A stretch of 64,000 nucleotides of DNA, taken from the human T2T-CHM13v2.0 reference genome, Homo sapiens. The number at the start of each line of letters is the position of its first letter. Positions within the stretch are counted from its first letter, which is position 1. Position numbers and translations under genes: made by a program. Below are positions 59,071-64,000 of the stretch, in pieces. The notes beneath the pieces are model-generated. The model did no database searches and had not been told where the DNA came from. It saw only the letters and a list, made by a program, of their open reading frames with translations. Location of the stretch: assembly GCF_009914755.1 (NCBI RefSeq), contig NC_060934.1; one strand, given 5' to 3'.

Positions 59071-61849
59071 TTTTGACCATCTCCGTTCCATTCCAATCCA
59101 TTCATAGGAATGAAAAGAAGTCATGAAATAAGAAACATTTCAAAGGATTAAAATATGGCGATGAAAAAGTTACCTTCTAAGAGGCCTGCTCAGTTTGCAC
59201 ACAATTCCAGTATGCTAACAATCCTTTAATTGAACTTTTGTCTGTATATTCTCCTGACCATCTAGGTCATAAACTTCTCCAGCAAAGGCCCAGTCTTTTC
59301 TATTTTTTGTATTACTCCCTAGAGTACTTACTATGGTGTTTCTGCCCATTGTTGTCACTCAAATCATTTTGATTGGCAAACAGAAATTATTTGTCCTTCT
59401 AAAAACTGTTTGACATGATTCCTTGGCAAAAGTGAAAATCAAAAACAATTTTTACATATTAATAGACCAATTATACACAGTGACATGTTTCGAATTCTTT
59501 GAATTCCTACTTTGCTCAAAAGTCCTAATCATTTTTCCATTTTACAATTTTTGTCTTAGTTTTTTTTTAATTTGATTCATAGACTAGCTCAGCACTCTAT
59601 CTTGAGTACTGTTTCAGCAGCCAACCAGCCATTATAATCTAGAAAATCTGTTATCTCAAAAATAAAAGTAGTTAGAGTTGTCAAGTGTTATCTATTTTGT
59701 CACAACATAAATAAATCATGCCTAGGAGACTAGGTTATTAATTATGGACCTTATTTTATTTACTGTGTATCAGCTTTAAAGAGGTTATTTCTCTTCTTTG
59801 TAGAACATCTATATGTTACATCAGCTGAGTTCTAATTAATCTGCCTTATGAGTCAAGTTGCAACAGTATATTATTTTAAGAATGAATTACATCGTATTGC
59901 AACTAATTTTTTTAAATACCTAGTACAGTTTTCCATCCTTTAAAGGAATATATTATACATTATGTAATGCAAAAAGCTAATGTGTCTATAGCAAAGAAGT
60001 ACTCTACCTAGAAGCTATTAGCTACTTAGGCTCCTGATCAGACTGGGGAAAAAGCATAGTGGTATTAACTGTCTTACAGTTTAAATAAAGCCTGGAGTTC
60101 TGAGCAATGGTTAGTATCTGAGCACAAAATATAATTAGAAAATTCATGACAGGACTGATAAAGTTTATTTGTAATCATGATGAATTACCTTTGTAAGACC
60201 CATAGGTAAAATTAAAGACCAATACAGACAGTAGCTGCAACATTGGATAATGGTGTGGAATTAAGCACCCTAGTCATTTTAATGTTTTACATTTGAAACA
60301 TCATTTGTGGTTTCTTAGAAGCCACTCCAGGGCCCAATTTGAAATAACTTTTTTCCTTTGTAATGTAATTGATCAAAGTTGTGAAAAGGGTTGCCTTAAC
60401 TTAAAGGCCATCCTACCCCAAAAAAGCAATGACAAAATCTCCCATTTTCTAAATCACTTTCAATACATCACTGTCTTCTGGCTGTAGCAGATAATGAAAG
60501 CTACTAAAATATCAACAATGCTTCTACTTTAGAATGGCAGCAAACATAACCTCAGGAATAATTTAAGCATGGAGGGATGGAGGGGAGACTAGGTAGCATT
60601 GCTGCCATTAAGGGACTAAGAATACCTTGGGCAGAGAAGTTTCTTCACTTTGAACACAGTGTGATTAATCAGGGTAGTAAGAAAATGTCAGCTCCAAGGG
60701 ATTTGGAAAATGTGAGCAGTTTTCAGAAATAAACCACATGCCTAAAAATCAATGCAATTCCTTGCAGCTGAGCCCAGCTGAAGGCTATTGTCCTTATCTA
60801 GTTATCAGGAGTTGCTGCCTGCCTCAACCCACAAGCGCCTCCGTTTAGCCAGGTGTTTCCAATTTTATGCTTAGTTTCAATGCTCACGCTGGGGTTGTTT
60901 CCTGCTGACACAGGATGACATAATGGCTCTGACACAAAGGGACTGCTAGGGTTCCATATTGAGACTTTTTTTTTTTTTTCTGTAGCCAATGCATGCTTTT
61001 GGGCCAGATTTCTGCTTGGAACATGGCCCTTTTCTGTCTCCTTTGCTAGATTAAAAAAAATTCCTTCCCTATATCCCAGCTCCTTCCCTATATTCCACAA
61101 TTGTTGCTTGTATAAATCTTTGACCTTCTACCTGGACCCAGGTTTTAGATCTGTACCCATTCTCTAGCTTTGGGCTATCTGAGCTGACACTCTAACCTGC
61201 TGGGTTCCAGATCCTCTGGTCCAGCATAACTGCAAGTTGCTACGTACTTGTCTAGGAGGTTTCTAATCCTATCCACTGGCTGAATTCCTATCCTCTCCTA
61301 AATGGAGATAGTAATATCCATTTTATAATCCTCATAAGGCTTTATAAGGATAATATGAGTTAAAGGATATTTTTAAAGACTAAAATGATGATTCTTCTAT
61401 GAATATGAAACAGACATGTTTCAAAGATTTTATTGAAATCCTTAAATTAATGAGGAAACCAGTAAGACATTACAACCAGTTCAAATAGCAGACACATACA
61501 CGGACAATCTGAAATGCTGAAATGAATTAGAAGACACAAAACCTCTTCTACAAGAAAGATGGGTGGTGTCAATTGAATCTTCATAGATAAAATTTATTTG
61601 CCTATCAGTTTTCTATAGCCTATGTTAAAGATAATGAAAAGAACACACCTCTAGAGAATTAGATAACCAAGAACAGTATACTAGACATCACCTAACGGTC
61701 CATTAAAAAGACATCAAGTAATCTACTTTTGCCCATTTCAGAGTCTTTAACAGCCTTTCCTGGTATATGCAGAAGTAGATTTGTGCCAAAGAATTTTGAG
61801 AATAATATTTATGTACCAAAAGTAGTTCGTCAGAGATACACATTTTTCT

Positions 61850-62402
61850 TTATTTTATTTTATTTTATTATTATTATACTTTAAGTTTTAGGGTACATGT
61901 GCACAATGTGCAGGTTAGTTACATAGGTATACATGTGCCATGTTGGTGTGCTGCACCCATTAACTCATTATTTAGCATTAGGTGTATCTCCTAATGCTAT
62001 CCCTCCCCCCTCCCCCCACCCCACAACAGTCCCCGGAGTGTGATGTTCCCCTTCTTGTGTCCATGTGTTCTCATTGTTCAATTCCCACCTATGAGTGAGA
62101 ACATGCGGTGTTTGGTTTTTTTGTCCTTGCGATAGTTTGCTGAGAATGATGATTTCCAGTTTCATCCATGTCCCTACAAAGGACATGAACTCATCATTTT
62201 TTATGGCTGCATAGTATTCCATGGTGTATATGTGCCACATTTTCTTAATCCAGTCTATTGTTGTTGGACATTTGGGTTGGTTCCAAGTCTTTGCTATTGT
62301 GAATAGTGCTGCAATAAACATACGTGTGCATGTGTCTTTATAGCAGCATGATTTATAGTCCTTTGGGTATATACCCAGTAATGGGATGGCTGGGTCAAAT
62401 GG
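61850..62402 (-). mobile_element. 5'-truncated young primate L1 (L1PA2-L1PA4-like), about 550 bp, with ORF2 C-terminal remnant
   Basis: ORF 61968-62321 reads MFIAALFTIAKTWNQPKCP...WIKKMWHIYTMEYYAAIKNDEFMSF (L1 ORF2 C-terminus, frameshifted near the end); perfect 19-bp TSD cagagatacacatttttct at 61831-61849 and 62403-62421; lacks the L1HS-Ta ACA diagnostic. Confidence 0.96.
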
Positions 62403-62959
62403 CAGAGATACACATTTTTCTACTGATAAAATAAGAGCATGTGGTCATATACACTCTTTGTCACTACCATTAAAAAATAAAAGTTGTTGTAAGATTAAAT
62501 GGGATGCTTACATTCTGAACAATGATACCGGGTAAAAACAACAAGCATCTACATCTGCACACATATGTATAAACATACACTGGTCTATTCAAAAGGTGTA
62601 CAAGCCTTTGGCCAGGTCTTTTCTTGTATTAAATTAAAGGAATGCTCTGGTGCTCTTATACTCACATTCTATTCCTTCTGGCCTCTCCCACTTACTCATT
62701 CCACCACTACCATCTAAGTTATCTCTAGGTCCACTAATGTCCTGTCCTATACTCAGTGGTATAACCAAAGAGTTACAGACTCCTGATAATAAGAATCTCC
62801 TGGACTAAATCAAATCTTGTCTCCAAGAAAAGGTCTTGGGGATTTTAACCAGCCATCCCAGGTAATTCTAATTATCAGGCAAGTCTGAGAAACACTAGGT
62901 TAAGCAGCAACCTGGAACCTGGCTATGAAGAGAGTAATCCACAGAAGAGTATAGACCAT

Positions 62960-63325
62960 TGATACGGTTTGGCTCTGTGTCCCCACCCAAATCTCACTGT
63001 ATAGCTCCCATAAGTCCCACAAGTTGTGGGAGGGACCCAGTGGGAGATGATTAAATCATGAGGGCTGGTCTTTCCCATGCTGTTCTAGTGATAGTGAATG
63101 AATCTCATGAGATCTGATGGTTTTAAAAATGGGAGTTTCTCTGCACAAGCTCTCTCTTTGCCTGCTGCCATCTATGTAAGATGTGACTTGCTCCTCCATG
63201 CCTTCCACCATGATTGTCAGGCCTCCTCAGCCATGTGGAACTGTAAGTCCATTAAACCTCTTTCTTTTGCAAATTGCTCAGTCTCGGGTATGTCTTTACC
63301 AGTAGCATGAAAACAGACTAATACA
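62960..63325 (+). mobile_element. THE1B-like solo LTR (ERVL-MaLR)
   Basis: tgatacggtttggctctgtgtccccacccaaatctc...ccatgtggaactgtaagtccattaaacctct...aaaacagactaataca; 5-bp TSD accat/accac. Confidence 0.93.
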
Positions 63326-64000
63326 ACCACAAAAGCTGCTGACTAAAACCACATGTTTCATCATGCCTGGGGGGTGGCGGATACTGAGATTGGGGTCAAG
63401 TGAACTTGATTTGTCATAAACTCCCACGACGACACATGTACAAGGATGAAAGGGAGCATCATGTGAAAAGCATGAGGAGTCCATGAACCCACAGTTCACT
63501 TGATGAACTGGACCCATGAAGTGAAATATTGTGCAATGTAATCATTGAATACCCTAAGCTGAATCAATAATTCAGCACTGTATTTTGTCAGTTTTTGCTT
63601 ATTCAAATCATTGTGATATTTGATATCAAAACAAATTATTTAAATTAAGTACTTTATTTTCCCTCCTAATAATTTCATCTGACATTAATTTCTTTGTAGA
63701 AATTCCAACCCATAGGACAGTTCTTTCATGGGCAATTGTAGGAGAAACTGGTTAAGTCTAAAACCACAACACAGTTTCCATATGTAAACAGAAGCGTCTC
63801 ATTTTGAGAAAAATCTCAGAAGATTCTATTATAAATATAAACATCCATCTTGAAAAGAGACAGGATTTTTAACATTTTCACTCCCAGAAACCATGTAAAA
63901 ATGTCAAAGCTGATTTTCAATATTAATAGTCACAGCTGTCCTTCAGCATCTCAGAAAATCCATGTAAATGCTCTTTATTGATATGACTATAAGGTATACT

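Noticed and set aside
61968-62321. 117-aa ORF with true protein homology
   Set aside because: C-terminal fragment of L1 ORF2 in a 5'-truncated element; frameshifted and non-autonomous

Overview
Primate (most likely human) genomic DNA: AT-rich, with about 16 Alus, two FAM monomers, L1/L2/L3/MIR remnants, Tigger and MER5 DNA transposons, a THE1B solo LTR and a 2.2-kb (TA)n-based minisatellite. I can support no protein-coding gene. The supplied ORFs are Alu-derived, low-complexity or chance ORFs, except a C-terminal L1 ORF2 remnant. The + strand looks A-rich by eye and the strongest splice signals lie on the - strand, so the window is probably part of a very long intron of a - strand gene that I cannot name. 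The most notable signal is a candidate recursive splice site on the - strand at 47242/47241 (polypyrimidine tract-TAG|GTAAGT). It is followed by a 152-nt exon that has stops in all three frames and ends in a consensus 5' splice site. Other highlights: the minisatellite is organised as a large inverted repeat; a tailless 5S rRNA retropseudogene retains its target-site duplication; a perfect 21-bp hairpin plus duplication lies inside an old L2; and there are several cryptic or micro-exon candidates. Repeat subfamily calls come from remembered consensus sequences, and boundaries of old repeats are approximate.
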